From the human T2T-CHM13v2.0 reference genome, Homo sapiens: a stretch of DNA of 64,000 bases. The notes beneath the pieces are model-generated. The model saw only the letters and a program-made list of their open reading frames with translations. It made no database searches and was not told where the DNA came from. The position numbers and the translations under genes were made by a program. This document shows, piece by piece, positions 1-13,434 of the stretch. The DNA is taken from positions 21,120,001 through 21,184,000 of the forward strand of contig CP068257.2 of assembly GCA_009914755.4 (NCBI GenBank), in the 5' to 3' direction. Positions within the stretch are counted from its first letter, which is position 1, and each line of letters begins with the position of its first letter.

Positions 1-795
1 GTTGCTGACTTGAGATTCACTCTCACTGTTCTGAGAGAAAGTACTCAGAATAAAAGAGGTGTCTGACATTACTGAATGTCTAGGAACAATAGTGATAACA
101 ACAGCTTCTGAACCAGAGAGTTCTTGATGTTTGAGACTTGATATGTTCTACATCTCACTTAGTTCCTGAGTATTTTGTAAGTATTAAGTACATTCTTTTG
201 AAATGCCTGCTTTTCCTTCAGTTAAGTGATTCACTTTCTATTGATATCAACAGAAAACTCTGATTTGTAAAGCAAGAAATCAAATTCTTAGCACTGTATT
301 TTACTCTGTTATGTTTTATTGTATTATTTGTTACTGCTGTAGGTACTTATTCTTTTGCCTGAAAGAAAAATGGTAATAGTCACCTCAGTTCCATTGTTAC
401 CTCTTTGTACATAGCTTATGTTTTGTTTGTGTTTCTCTTTAAGGCAGAACTCACATTTGCTAGGTTAATGGCATGTGATTCATTGACCTTGCATCATTTT
501 AGTAATCCAAATCGAGGAAAGCTCTTGAGCAAGGACACGAGAAAGCCCCAAGAGTCACCTATATTCACTTGTAGTTAACGAAGCCTACAGAGGGTAGCTT
601 TCACTGGCCTTTTATCCACAAGGATATGGGACATGATATTTGTCTCATCCCCAGCATATAAAATGATATTCCTGCTTCTTACAGAGTAGGACTAAAGCAG
701 AACAAATTAGAATGTGATTACATAATAGCTAGACTAATTTCTAAATAATTTAATGAAGCAATTAAATTTTTTTAATGTGAGCAGGTTTTTGCCAT

Positions 796-853
796 GTGTG
801 TGTCTGTATACACACACACACACACACATACACATATATACGTATATATGTAC

Positions 854-884
<31 letters not shown>

Positions 885-885
885 T
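796..885. repeat. Compound microsatellite (TG)n/(CA)n/(TA)n/(GA)n directly abutting the poly-A (seen as T/GA-rich) tail side of the next Alu
   Basis: Direct reading: gtgtgtgtctgtatacacacacacacacacatacacatatatacgtatatatgtacatatatatacacagagagagagagagagag. Confidence 0.9.
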
Positions 886-1170
886 TGGGTGTGGCTCTGT
901 CACCATGACTGAAGTGCAGTGGCACAATCACAGCTAATTGCATTGCAGCCTTGACCTCCCTGGGCTTAAGCGATCCTCCCATCTCAGCCTCCAAAGTAGC
1001 TGGAACTACAGGTGCACACCACCATGTACAGCTAAACATTTTTTGTATTTTTGTAGAGATGGGGTTTTGCCATGTTGCTCAGGCTGGTCTTAAAATCCTG
1101 GGTGCAAGAAATCTGCCGGCTTGTAATCCTAGAGTGCTGGGATTACAAGTGTGAGCCACTATGCCTGACC
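886..1170 (-). mobile_element. Alu SINE (full-length, minus orientation)
   Basis: Reverse complement of the Alu dimer consensus: gctgggattacaagtgtgagccac, cctgggcttaagcgatcctcccatctcagcctcc and tttgtatttttgtagagatggggttttgccatgttg are all present. Confidence 0.9.
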
Positions 1171-2071
1171 TATATATATTTTGAGATAGCCCTTGCATTG
1201 TCGAGTACTTTCTTACTTTATACCTATGATAATCTGCATAGGGATTAACTTGCAAAATCTATTTACTATATTCAATTACTTAGAAAGTTACTGAATAACT
1301 ATCAGAGAGATTAGAGAAGACCTTTGGATCTATACTAGTTCTGAAATTGGACTACTTATTTTCTTCATTTTATTCATCTTTAGATTCATGTGTACCACAA
1401 GACCCTTAATTTACAGCACAACTATACACGGATATAGATAGAGAAATATAAAATATTTCTCCTTTTGAACAAAATGAGCCTAAAAATTTTATATTCAGTA
1501 TTTTATTAAACTATGAACAAATTAAACATGCAAACTCTTAAAGGACTTTACACATTCAGTAAAGAAGATAAAGTGTGGCTAATAAATAAATGTATTTTTA
1601 ACTTTGTCAGTGTGAAATTTAGCAATGTAATAATTTTATTATCTAGATGAGTAATTGTAAAGTCGTCTTAAAAATTGGTACAGTGTAATAGGTCTAACGA
1701 ATAAGAGGTATTTTTGAGCAATTCATAGGAAAGAATTAGATTTTATCTTTAGCCACTCTAACTAGCATTGGTTGGTGTTATTGCCAACATTTAAGAATAT
1801 CTATTAAAAAACAAATAAAAATCAAAGATGAGAAAAGCAAGAGATTTTGTTTTAGATACTTTATTCTCGGTTTATTTTTATGACAGTATGGTTTTCTCAT
1901 ATAGCATTGAATATGATCAGGCATAATTGTGATTCAAATTACTTATTATGCTTGTTAAAATTTGACTTATTTATGACATTGCTAACCACATACATACCTT
2001 CATTAAGAATACAATCAGCATGTAGCAGCTTCCTTTATGTTATTATACAATAAGTTCACTACTTCAGGCAT

Positions 2072-2180
2072 ACATATATATATATATAAAATATATGTAT
2101 AATATCAAGTAATGAACTATATATATAAAGTAAACTGTGTGTGTGTGTGTGTGTATATATACGTGTGTGTGTGTGTAGTT
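2072..2180. repeat. (TA)n and (TG)n microsatellites
   Basis: atatatatatatataaaatatatgtat ... ctgtgtgtgtgtgtgtgtgtatatatacgtgtgtgtgtgtgtag. Confidence 0.85.
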
Positions 2181-3039
2181 ACCTGTGCTTGATTTACTAT
2201 GCATTATTTTATTTGTATTATTACCTGTCATGGCTTATCCTCACTGGTTAAAAAAAGTGTTTATCTGACAAAATGTGAATCCAGCTTTTCCAATAGCTCC
2301 ATGAAAAATCTAATATCCTTTGAAACATAAATTGCTAATGGTATTGATTTTCACTTTATAAATCCTTATTGATCCATAGTGAATTAAACATGTAAATTGC
2401 AGTGCCTTGGAAACAAGCAGTATCTTTCTTTCTAAAACAAATCTGTAGAACTTTTAATTTTTTAAATGAATTGCCACAGAAGGATTGTATATTTTCATGT
2501 AAAAGTTTTCAATTGTTCTATTACACATTAAAAATATATATTTTATAACCTGTTTTAGAATACAAAAATACTATATTTACAAAAGAGTATGACCATAATT
2601 GTTCTACTTTTTCAATAAGGGGATTGGATTAAACCCCTTGCCTTGCTATGATTTAAGCTACCTCTTTGACTAATGTTATGGTAGTGGGGTTTGCAACTTG
2701 TCAAGAAAATAAAAAGACAAAAATTATTAGATGGCATTGTCATACATTCCCGTATATCACAATAATTTCTATTAAATTACATAATAATAGTAATGCATGA
2801 AAAGCTGTATCAGTTATACACTATGACAAATTTAAAAGATTATGATATATACATTCTTTGCATTTCCTATTATTTTTTAGTAAATATGTTCACATTTTCC
2901 TCCTCTAGTTTAAGCTTTGAAATTTATTTGGTAATTAAATACAATTATTCATCAAAGTCCATACATTATTCCAATTTCCATAATATTTACCTATTTTTTA
3001 ATTTCAATATTCTATACAGAGTGCCACTTTGCAATGTAC

Positions 3040-3395
3040 TGAATGTACCTCACATGTACCATTACATTGGGAGGCTCACAATTTCAACATACGGAATTTG
3101 GAGGGACAGGTGGAGTTGAAGCTTTTGAAAGTTGATGAGGTTATAAGGGTGGAGCCCTCATTAATGGAATTAGTGCCATTATAAAAGAAACCCCAGAGAG
3201 CTCTCTTATCCTCTTTCTGTCCTGTGAAGATACAATGGAAGCCTGTAAACTGGAAAAGGACCCTTGCCAGCACCTGACCATGCTAGCACACTGATCTTGG
3301 ACTCCCCAGCCTCCAGAACAGATCATTTTTCCTTGTTTGGGGGAGACTTAGTCTATGGTACTTTGTTATAGCAGCCCCAGATAAGTAAGACACAC
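3040..3395 (+). mobile_element. MaLR/ERVL-type LTR (MLT/MST-like family, copy 1 of 5 of the same family in this window)
   Basis: TG..CA-bounded element of about 360 bp. Signature strings: ttggagggacaggtggagttgaag, ggtggagccctcattaatggaattagtgcc, tggactccccagcctccagaac, gtctatggtactttgttatagcagcc...taagacaca. The same architecture recurs at 15546, 19608, 39091 and 47040. Confidence 0.6.
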
Positions 3396-4841
3396 ATTAC
3401 ATTTACTTGTTATGTCTCTCTAGATGTCTCCGCCTCTTGACTGGGGCAGTTTTGCAAACTTTTCTTATTTTTGACTGATAGTTTTAGTGTAGACTAGTCA
3501 GACATTTTGTAGAATGAGAATTTTCATGATTTTTTCTCATTATTATACTTGGTTTCTGACTTTTGGAGTGGAACGTCATGGAGGAAAAGCATCATTTTCA
3601 TCATATCACAAGGCTGTGTTTTATCAGCATGATTTAATCAGCGTTGATATTAACCTGGACAACCTAGCTGAGATGGTGTTGTGTATGTCTTTTTAAACAG
3701 ATATATTTGTATCAATAAAGTATCTATCTCTATACACATGCACACTCACAAACACACACAAATCTGTGTGTATATTAAGCTAAACGGGAGTATATTCTGA
3801 TGCTTCCAAATTTATTCTATTACCACATGGGTCATTCTAGCTTTTTCTCCTGGTTTGTCTATAATTTTCCACTCCAACAGTGAGAATTTTGAATCCTTCT
3901 ATCTACCATTCATTTATTTTATTTTAAAAATCTTATTATAAATCTGTCTTGGTATAAGAATTGTCAACCTGTACCACCATGAGAACTTTTCAAACTACAG
4001 TACAGTGTTACATACAGTTCCTTTTGCAATGTGTTTTACAGACTCAACTCATTTCCAATATTACTTAGATCAATACCTTTTTCACTAACCAGTTTCAGTG
4101 AGTTTCTTTCCAATATTGGTAATGCAATTAGGTTCCTTTGTCAGAATTGGAATTCTTTCCTGAGATCCATCAATCTCTAAAAATGTGGACACATATATAG
4201 ATCTAAATTATTGTTTTAATTTGAATTTCCCCTGGTGATAAATAATGTTAAGTGTTATTTCCCATGTGCATTTGTCATTTATACCCTTTTTTGATACAAT
4301 TTTGGTAAATTTTAAGGAACGAAATTAAACCAGAAAAAGCAAACCCAAATATACTTAGATATAATGTCACAAGTGAGCTATTGATGTATAATATCATAAA
4401 CAAATGATTTTGGTAGAATTTCTGGTATTAATTATATTAAAAAGGATAAAATATGAGTTAGTAGTTTCAGTTACATGAGATAACAAAAAAGGTAGCCATG
4501 TTAATTTGGTGCCAAACTTTGGTAAATTTATTCAAAATACTCTAATATGAATAAACATTATAACCATTTTAAGACACATTTTACAATACTGTATCTGGAG
4601 CTATTTCTTTAAGGTCAAATTACCATTCAGTTACTTTCCTAGGAGATGTTAAGTAGGACCAGGGAAAAGTACTTACGTTGATTGGAGCAGAGCCGTTCTC
4701 TGCCTTACTAATCTCTTTTTAACAAGAACTATTAAAAACTACTTGGCCTTCATTAAGTTAAATGGATGAGGACAATGGGAAGAAAACAAAAAAAGAAGAA
4801 CCAAACTTACATAAAACATTTAAAAAAAGAGCTCATTATGA

Positions 4842-5225
<384 letters not shown>

Positions 5226-6950
5226 ATACATTCTTTTTTATAAGATATTAGTATACTTTGTTTTTGAAATAATAAATACTAGTTCCTTATTATGTATATT
5301 TATATATGCATACTTAAAAATATGGTGAATAATGACTGTGTATCAGGCTCTGTTCTAGGCACTGGAAGTTGTCAGTAAATAAAGGAGGCCAAAATCCCTG
5401 CCTTAGAGACATACATTTTGGTCTCTAAAATGAGAGACAGAAAATAAGTAACATTAATACACAAAATATAAATCATATTAGATAATGATATATATTATGG
5501 AGTGTTGTTTTTTACATTGAATTTTTGCCATGTAAATATTTAAATTTTTACATGGAGTTATGAGAAGAGTTAATTCAAAAGGTGAACTCCAAAGGGAGGG
5601 ATTTCAAGTTTCCAGGGAGGCCACCACCTCTGCTGAGCTACCACTCTGGGACATGAGTATAGAGTGGAAGGAAAGAGAGGATAAACTGGGCCCTAAATGC
5701 CATCTATATCTTTCCATCAGCAGCATGTCTAATGACCAGAAACTTCTAAGAATGATAGTCACTGCTTCACTTCTTTCTTCCAAAGCTCTTGCAAGCAACA
5801 AGAGTTGCAATGACCAGACTAAATCTATGCTGGACCATATAGAAATGAGAATTTAGAGAACGTACCCAGTTTCATTCTTCAGCAGTGAAGCAACAGTAAA
5901 AAGTCATCATTTATATTTAATCTTTTAAATCTATTTAACTTCCAAAGACAATAGCAATATCATGATTCCATAAAGCATAAGGGAATTATTGCTTACACAA
6001 CAATGACAGACATACTAACCCTCTCTTCAAAACAGTAAAACATCCCACATAGTTCATCTTGGTAATGAACTATAAATGATGTTCATTGTTTTAGCTGGCA
6101 TATAATTCTCTTTTAAAAATTAATATTTTGAAATTAAATATTGAGATATAGGATTAACTACTATTAGCATTATTTTATTTAACATGTTTTATTTTTGGCA
6201 GTTAAAAAGGGAGCCAATTCAAAGGCATCAGTTAATATTTACAAAGAATATAAAACTGTTCAGATGTTCATGGTAGGTATGTATAAATTCTTTTTTTTTT
6301 ACGACTGCACAATCCATATCTGCTTTTTTCTCAGCAAGCATGTCAAATAATTGTGATTTCTCACCTTTATTCCTGGAGAATTTGTGTTATTAACAATCAT
6401 GCTTTTAATATATTCTTGAATTTTCTATTAATTTTACCACAAGCTTTAGAGTAGTAAGAAGTAACCTTGATTATATTCTGAGTTTTAAGTGTATTTCTCC
6501 CTGCCTACATTGTGTATTGACAACTCATTTTTTCTTGATAGTAATAATTCATTGTCTCAGTCGACTAGGGAAATGGACAAGGTAAGCCTAATGACTGCCC
6601 CAATTTATTGCTTAGAGAATGTTAATAGGCCATGGCACAGGACTGGGAAATCCAGGAAATCTACTCCAAGTGAGGAGACACAGCTAGAAGTTCAAAGAAG
6701 TCAAGATAGCTAGAGTTCATAAAAAAGAGTACAGGAGAAGGGAAAACTGCGATAAAATAAAATCCAGAGATCTCAAAAGATTCGTCCAGAATATTCAGTT
6801 AAGTAGAAATCAGTGCGTGTGTGTGAGGAAACTATCAAAATCCAGAGAAAACCACCTGAAAAGTTTAGAGAGAACAATGCTTGAGACTTACGCAGGGCCG
6901 GAAACATGCCTGTTTTCCACAGCCAGAGACACACTCTTTCATATTTGAGA

Positions 6951-7076
6951 ATTTGTCTCTCTTTTTTTTCTTTTCTTTCTCTCTCCCTCTCTCTCATTCT
7001 CTCCTTTCTCTCTCTCTTCTCTCTTCTTTCTCTCTCTCTCTCTCTCTCTCTCTCCTTCTCTCTTCCCTTCTTTTTT
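6951..7076. repeat. Roughly 125-bp polypyrimidine (TC)n/(CTCTCC)n tract, probably the expanded (GA)n tail of the adjacent Alu
   Basis: ctctcttttttttcttttctttctctctccctctctctcattctctcctttctctctctcttctctcttctttctctctctctctctctctctctccttctctcttcccttctttttt. It produces the spurious RERERER... ORF on the minus strand. Confidence 0.9.
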
Positions 7077-7303
7077 GACAGACTTTTGCTATTATTGCCC
7101 AGGCTGGAGTGCAATGGCATGATCTCAGCTCACTTCAACCCCTGCCTCCCGGATTTCTCCTGCTTCAGTCTCCTGAGTAGCTGGGATTACAGGCGCCTGC
7201 CACTATGCCTGGCTAATTTTTTGTATTTTTAGTAGAGACGGGGGTTTCACCATGTTGGCCAGGCTTGTCTCGAACTCCTGACCTCAGGTGATCCACCTTC
7301 TGC
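7077..7303 (-). mobile_element. Alu SINE (minus), truncated at its 5' (high-coordinate) end
   Basis: gacagacttttgctattattgcccaggctggagtgcaatggcatgatctcagctcac ... ctggctaattttttgtatttttagtagagacgggggtttcaccatgttggccagg. It ends at atccaccttctgcc without the Alu 5' terminus. Confidence 0.85.
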
Positions 7304-7693
7304 CTACATTTAGTAATTAATCTTATTGTAAATTTCTAATGAATTGTAAATTATTTCAGCAAAATTCTACTTCTCTTTTCATCCTTTTGTGTAAACCTGT
7401 TAATAATGAACTCATCACTCATATCCAGTTTAAAGATGAACATGGATTGATAGTAAATACTTGTGAATTTTTTCAAGTAAAAAAAAAGTATGCTATAAGA
7501 TGTACTTTCATTTTTGATGTTTTTCTTCTATTAGAAATAAATAATTTTATTTCTATAGAAGTTATTATACTGGATAATATTTTATCTTCCATATTACTTA
7601 TTATTTTTCTAATTTCCTAGTCTATTTTCTAATTTTTATTCCACATTAATTATAATAATATAAAAGTTCCCCTTCATATATTGATTAGATTTT

Positions 7694-7990
7694 CTTTTTG
7701 GTGTGTGTGTGACAGAGTCTCACTCTGTCGCCGAGGCTGGACTGCAGTGTCGTGATCTTGGCTCACTGAAACCTCTGCCCCTCGGGTTTCAAGCGATTCT
7801 CCTGCCGCAGCCTCCCAAGTAGCTGGGATTACAGTCATCCACCACCATGCCCAGATAATTTTTGTATTTTTAGTAGAGACAGAGTTTCCCCATGTTGGCC
7901 AAGCTGGTCTCAAATTCCTGGCCTCAAGTGATCCACCTGCCTCAGCCTCCAAAGTGCAGGGATTACAGATGTGAGCCACCACGCCTGGCC
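7694..7990 (-). mobile_element. Alu SINE (minus) flanked by a 12-13 bp TSD tgattagattt(t)
   Basis: Alu body gacagagtctcactctgtcgccgaggctggactgcagtg ... gattacagatgtgagccaccacgcctggcc. Flanks ttgattagatttt (7681-7693) and tgattagattttt (7991-8003). Confidence 0.9.
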
Positions 7991-8410
7991 TGATTAGATT
8001 TTTATCAGTGACTTCTGTGTGCCTCATGGTTTCTAATTGCGCTTCAGTCTCTATTTTCAACTCATTTACCTGCTTAGTCATCACATCTTTGAGGTCTTGA
8101 GCTCACGTTAGCTAAAGGTTCTAATTTTATCATATGAGACACTTCAGGGAATTTTTTGGTCACTTATTTTTGAAAGTATTACATTTTTAATCCTTCTTTT
8201 TCAAATTTACTTACCCTTCTGTCATGAGATTTTATATTTGCCATATTATTTATTTCTAGTCGATTCATGTTTAATCCAGGATTTTTATTACAACATGCCC
8301 AGATATACTGTTTGCTTTAATATAGTGAACCTGTGTTAACATTTCCCATGTAGAACTGCTCCGTTTTTCCACCTTCAGAAGGACACACTTTGGAGAATAG
8401 TGTTGCTTTT

Positions 8411-8716
<306 letters not shown>

Positions 8717-11337
8717 TAGTGTTGCTTTTTAATTCCCCTTTTGCTTGGAGGTGAAAATGAGCTTGGGAAGAACTCACTGGGAGTATTACATATCATATTT
8801 GCAAATAGGGCTCTATTTTTTCTCTTAAACATTATATTAAATTTCGTATCGCAAAGCAATCAACAGGAAACTCACCTGATTTCCATGGCCTTTTATTTGC
8901 TTTCATACTCAAAATAGTGTCCTCTAAGAGAAAAAGTGCTGATTTCTTTTTCTGCTTTTGTAGGCTTTAAAGCTAGTGTGTAGAACAAAAGAAAAAACTG
9001 GAGGCTCAAAACCAAAATTTATAAATAAATATGTAATATTTCTAACATTTGGTAATATGGAATGGGATAAAATATTTATAACCAAATTATGTAGTACAAT
9101 TGGAATCACTTGCCTCTAGGAAAGCCTTAGTCAAAACAGACAACCATATAAGATGGTTTAGGCATGAAAGTAGAAAGGAATGAATGATATAGTTTTCATT
9201 AACAGAAACCCATGTAAATATAATTAAGCACTTATTTAGACATGAGTGCCAATGCATTTGTGTCTTCCCTTTGGGTTTTAATTGGGTGCTGATGCTGTGA
9301 ACCATATGTACATATTTATAAATAGCAAACATTAACTTGCATACTTTGCAGAAAGTATCACCATAATGCTAAGTATAATTTTTATTAGTTCAGGCTCATT
9401 ATCTTAACAATTTTAAAGAGAACAATATTCTCCATAAGATGCTACACGCCTACATTCTGTTAAAATCAAAATATTAAAGAATTAACATATTGGCTGAGCA
9501 GTACTACTCCAGAAATGTATTGAGAATCGTATCCTTAGAAATTCAATATATAGTGGAAGATGTAGTAGTCAAATGAAAAACATCTTTTTTTAATTCTCTA
9601 AATTCACTAATCAATTTAGTGTATGAGAGAAATAAATTTACATATTTCATGTTATCAAGAACATTTTGTAAAAACATGTTCATCACTAAAGGCCAGCGTC
9701 CCCTCTTTTTGAAGCCATCTGCAACTTTTTAATGTGTACAATCAGTATTAATTTAAAACTTATTTATTAATATACACACACGTGCACACACATATATGCT
9801 GCATATAAAACACTGCTTTTTGGAAGGGAAAATAAAACATAAAATCAGTTACTAATTTTTATGAATTTATCATCTAATTGAGGGGAGCAAGATAAGCATA
9901 TAAAGTGTTGATGTTCATAAAAGCTAATTTGTGGTATAAAAGAGCAGCAAAAGAAATAGTATGTCTAAGAAAAAATTATAATCAAGTCTGTATGTCATAA
10001 TAAAGTGGGCAATGTTTGAACTGAACATCAACATATGAAGAGAATGTTGTTACAGAGGTTAAGTGGTAAGAGAATAAGCAGCTCCAGGTAGCCGGGCACT
10101 GATCTGACTCTCACTGCTAGACTGTGGTGTCCTCAGGAGCTATCTGGCATGCACAGTCATCCTTCGATGACCTCCAGTTGAAAGTAAACAATTTCACAGA
10201 AAACCAGTATTAGACAAGGTCACATTGTGTACTACAAAGGAGACAAAAAGCTAAGCCTAGAGAAAAAAAAAAAAAAGAAGGTCACTCATCATACCCCCAA
10301 ATTATCAAACATTTCCGTTTCTCAGCTTACTGCTGCTTTCTTCCAATGAAAACTTCAACCTCATTTCAAGTTTTCATCTTTCTAGATCTGATGGATAGGA
10401 TACACAATCTTGGCCTTACTCCTTCCTGAAAGGAAAAAAAATCTTGCTTTCAGGAACCATCCTCCAAATCACTAAACACAACCCCAAATTCCATAAGTAT
10501 TTCCTAAAATTTTAGTGAGATGTCTCATAATTCTGGTTTATGATTTTCCTTGCAATGAACTACCATGCCCAACTTTGTTTAAATACAAGTGTGCTTCTAG
10601 TGGTCTTTTGGCTGGAGAACACTGGCAGTGTCTGGATAATATTATTACAGCGGGTGGGATGCTTCTGGCTTCATAAAGAGCTTAGTGTTGCCAGTTGCAT
10701 TACTAAGGATGCTAAAAACAAAGGGTTGGCACAGTCAAGGATTAAAAAGAGTAAATAAAAGGATCATTTACAAATGTGTGGGAAGAGTTAAGAGAAGAGA
10801 GAAGATTCTGAGGCATCCAGGAATAGTAACATCAGAAAGCATTCATCACCTCCAGTCTTGAAAAGCAGAGGAAGCTATATTTTTGTCGTGTAGTGCTGGA
10901 TATAAGAACTGCCTATCAGAAGCTGAGGTCTTCAGCAGATAAATACAGCTATTGGTAAGCAATTGAGACTTTAAAGTATTAACTAACTGGGGCACATAAA
11001 AGTTTGGACAAGGGTAAAGATTGTGGAGATTGGATCTGGAGGATAAATGGAGAATATTAAGAATTAAACAAAAGGGGTTGATTTTTATCTATGTATAATT
11101 GTGAGCATGCATTCAGGATAAAGTTCAGCATCAGAACCACTATTTTGAAAATAGTGAAAGAGAAATGTATTCCTTAGAAACAGAATTTTTTTCATACTTA
11201 TCTTGTCATAAAGTATCTATCCATAGTACATTTAGGAAAGATGGGGTTGGAAAGCAAAGTGAAGGCCAAATTGTAGAAACTCTCAGTAGTTAAACTACAG
11301 AGATTAGGTATCATTCCCCAAAAAGGATTTGGAGATT

Positions 11338-11640
11338 TCAGCTGGGTGTGGTGACTTATGCCTGTAATCCCAGCACTTTGGGAGTCTCAGGTGGGTGGAT
11401 CCTCTGAGGTCAGGAGTTCCAGACCAGCCTGGCCAACATGGTGAAACCCTGTGTCTACAAAAAATACAAAAACTAGCTAGGCATAGTGGCAGGTGCCTAT
11501 AACCCCAGCTACTTGGGAGGTTGAGGCAGGAGAATTGCTTGAAGCGGGAGGCAGAAATTGCCAAGATTACGCCACTGCACTCCACCCTGAGCAACAGAGT
11601 GAGACTTTGTCTCAAAAATATAAATAAATAAATAAACAAA
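11338..11640 (+). mobile_element. Alu SINE (plus) with A-rich (AAAT)n tail
   Basis: agctgggtgtggtgacttatgcctgtaatcccagcactttgggag ... gccactgcactccaccctgagcaacagagtgagactttgtctcaaaaatataaataaataaataaa. Confidence 0.9.
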
Positions 11641-13262
11641 TGGAGATCTCAACATTGCATTTAAAGCAATGTTTAAGGAGAGTTAATACGGTGTTAGGAA
11701 TGGTAGAAATATGTCAGGTAGAAACAGGAACAGGAGTAAAGTTTGAGAATTTGAGTTTACAGATTTTAATGATTTTGAGATGTGAAGGACCTAATATAAA
11801 ATGATAGCATTATATGATCCAAACAATTACATATTAAACAATTTACCAACGAATTTATAGGTGACTGATTAGCACTAGCAGCCATGGAGAAGGATAGAAT
11901 TAGATGTACTTGAAGTTTTCAGCTATGGCATTTGGGAAATGCCAGAATCTCTACATTATAAAATTGAATTAAGAGAATTTTGTTGTGGAAAAAAAAAATC
12001 TCACTTGAAGTCATGCCATTTATAAGTCAATACCAGTAATAGTTGAAAATATGACAGGGGTGCAAAGAGGTTAGTTTAGGATGAAATGAGTTAGGACATA
12101 TCTCTACATCCATTTCAAGAGATTCAAAATGCAACAAAATTGAAATTATGTCAGAAGACTATGGCAAGGAGAAGATTGAGACAAGTAGGAACAGGAGGGA
12201 AAAAAAGAAAAAGAAATTGAGATCACACGAGAGGGGCATGGTTTGGAACAGATACTTATGAATTCTAAAGGGAAGCTTTTAAAGACAGGGCAGAAATTCA
12301 GGCATATGAAAGCTACATATCAAAGAGCATTAACATTAGTATGATACAAGGGTTTCAAATCATTTTCCCATGATAAGCAATAGGATGCTTTCATTTAAAA
12401 TGAGCAGAGGTATGCCAAAGTGGTGAGATATTTAAAAGACACCTCATTTTCTAGCAGAATATAGTAAACATATTAAGAGAAGAGTATGGCAATCAGAAAT
12501 TTAGCAAGAAATAAAGCTGCACACTGATACAATTTTTTTTCTCTTCTCCATCCATGTATTTGTGGTAAAAACATTTCTCCATGACTGTTTTTCCTGTTGT
12601 ATCCATTTGTGGACATTAAAGCAATTAATATACCTGTATTACACATATTTGCTGCCTTTAAATCAGCTATCCAAATTAATTGGATAATTTCTGCAAATAA
12701 TATAAAAATGTAAGAATGTGTATGGCATAAGTTTAGTGAATATTTGATGCTTGGAGCCTCAGCCACAGTTTCTGAAGCAATGTTTTCAAATACAATGAAG
12801 TTAGAATCACAAAATATTGAGTCAACACTTTATTTTCTATACTTTAAGTAATCTCCCACTTTCTGTGGGAGGATAGTAGCTTAACGGAGGTGGAAACCTA
12901 ATTCCAAGTTGCAAAACTACTTCTTGCCATAAAAATGTGAGAAGTTTATTTTCCCTTTGAATTAAACCATTTAGCTAAACAGATAATTACTCCAATTGTC
13001 AAATGAATTTAGGATGTGTGTGACAAATGGTGCCATCCCTTCCTTTTATTGAGGGCTAGTTATTATTTATCTTAGAATATATATTAATGGGTTGTTTCTG
13101 CATGGCTATGTAGAAGAGTGAGATACCCTTTTTTTCTTTGCAGTCTCCCAGTGAGTTTAGTATGGTGTACTTTACATTCTAGCTTAATGCTTATTCAGTA
13201 ATAAAATTGTTTTAATAATTTATATTACTAATTAAATTAGTAGTAATGAATTATTACTACTA

Positions 13263-13434
<172 letters not shown>

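Noticed and set aside
5560-5856. 98-aa ORF in repeat-free sequence
   Set aside because: An isolated short ORF with no recognisable domain motifs, antisense-overlapped by another ORF (5604-5810). Such ORFs are expected by chance at this length in 64 kb.
6773-7232. ORFs encoding RERERERERRE.. / LSLSLSL.. repeats
   Set aside because: These are direct translations of the (TC)n/(GA)n microsatellite. The same holds for the [13 protein letters not shown]s at 33473-33766 from (TTTC)n and the [12 protein letters not shown] at 47645-47929 from (GGAA)n.
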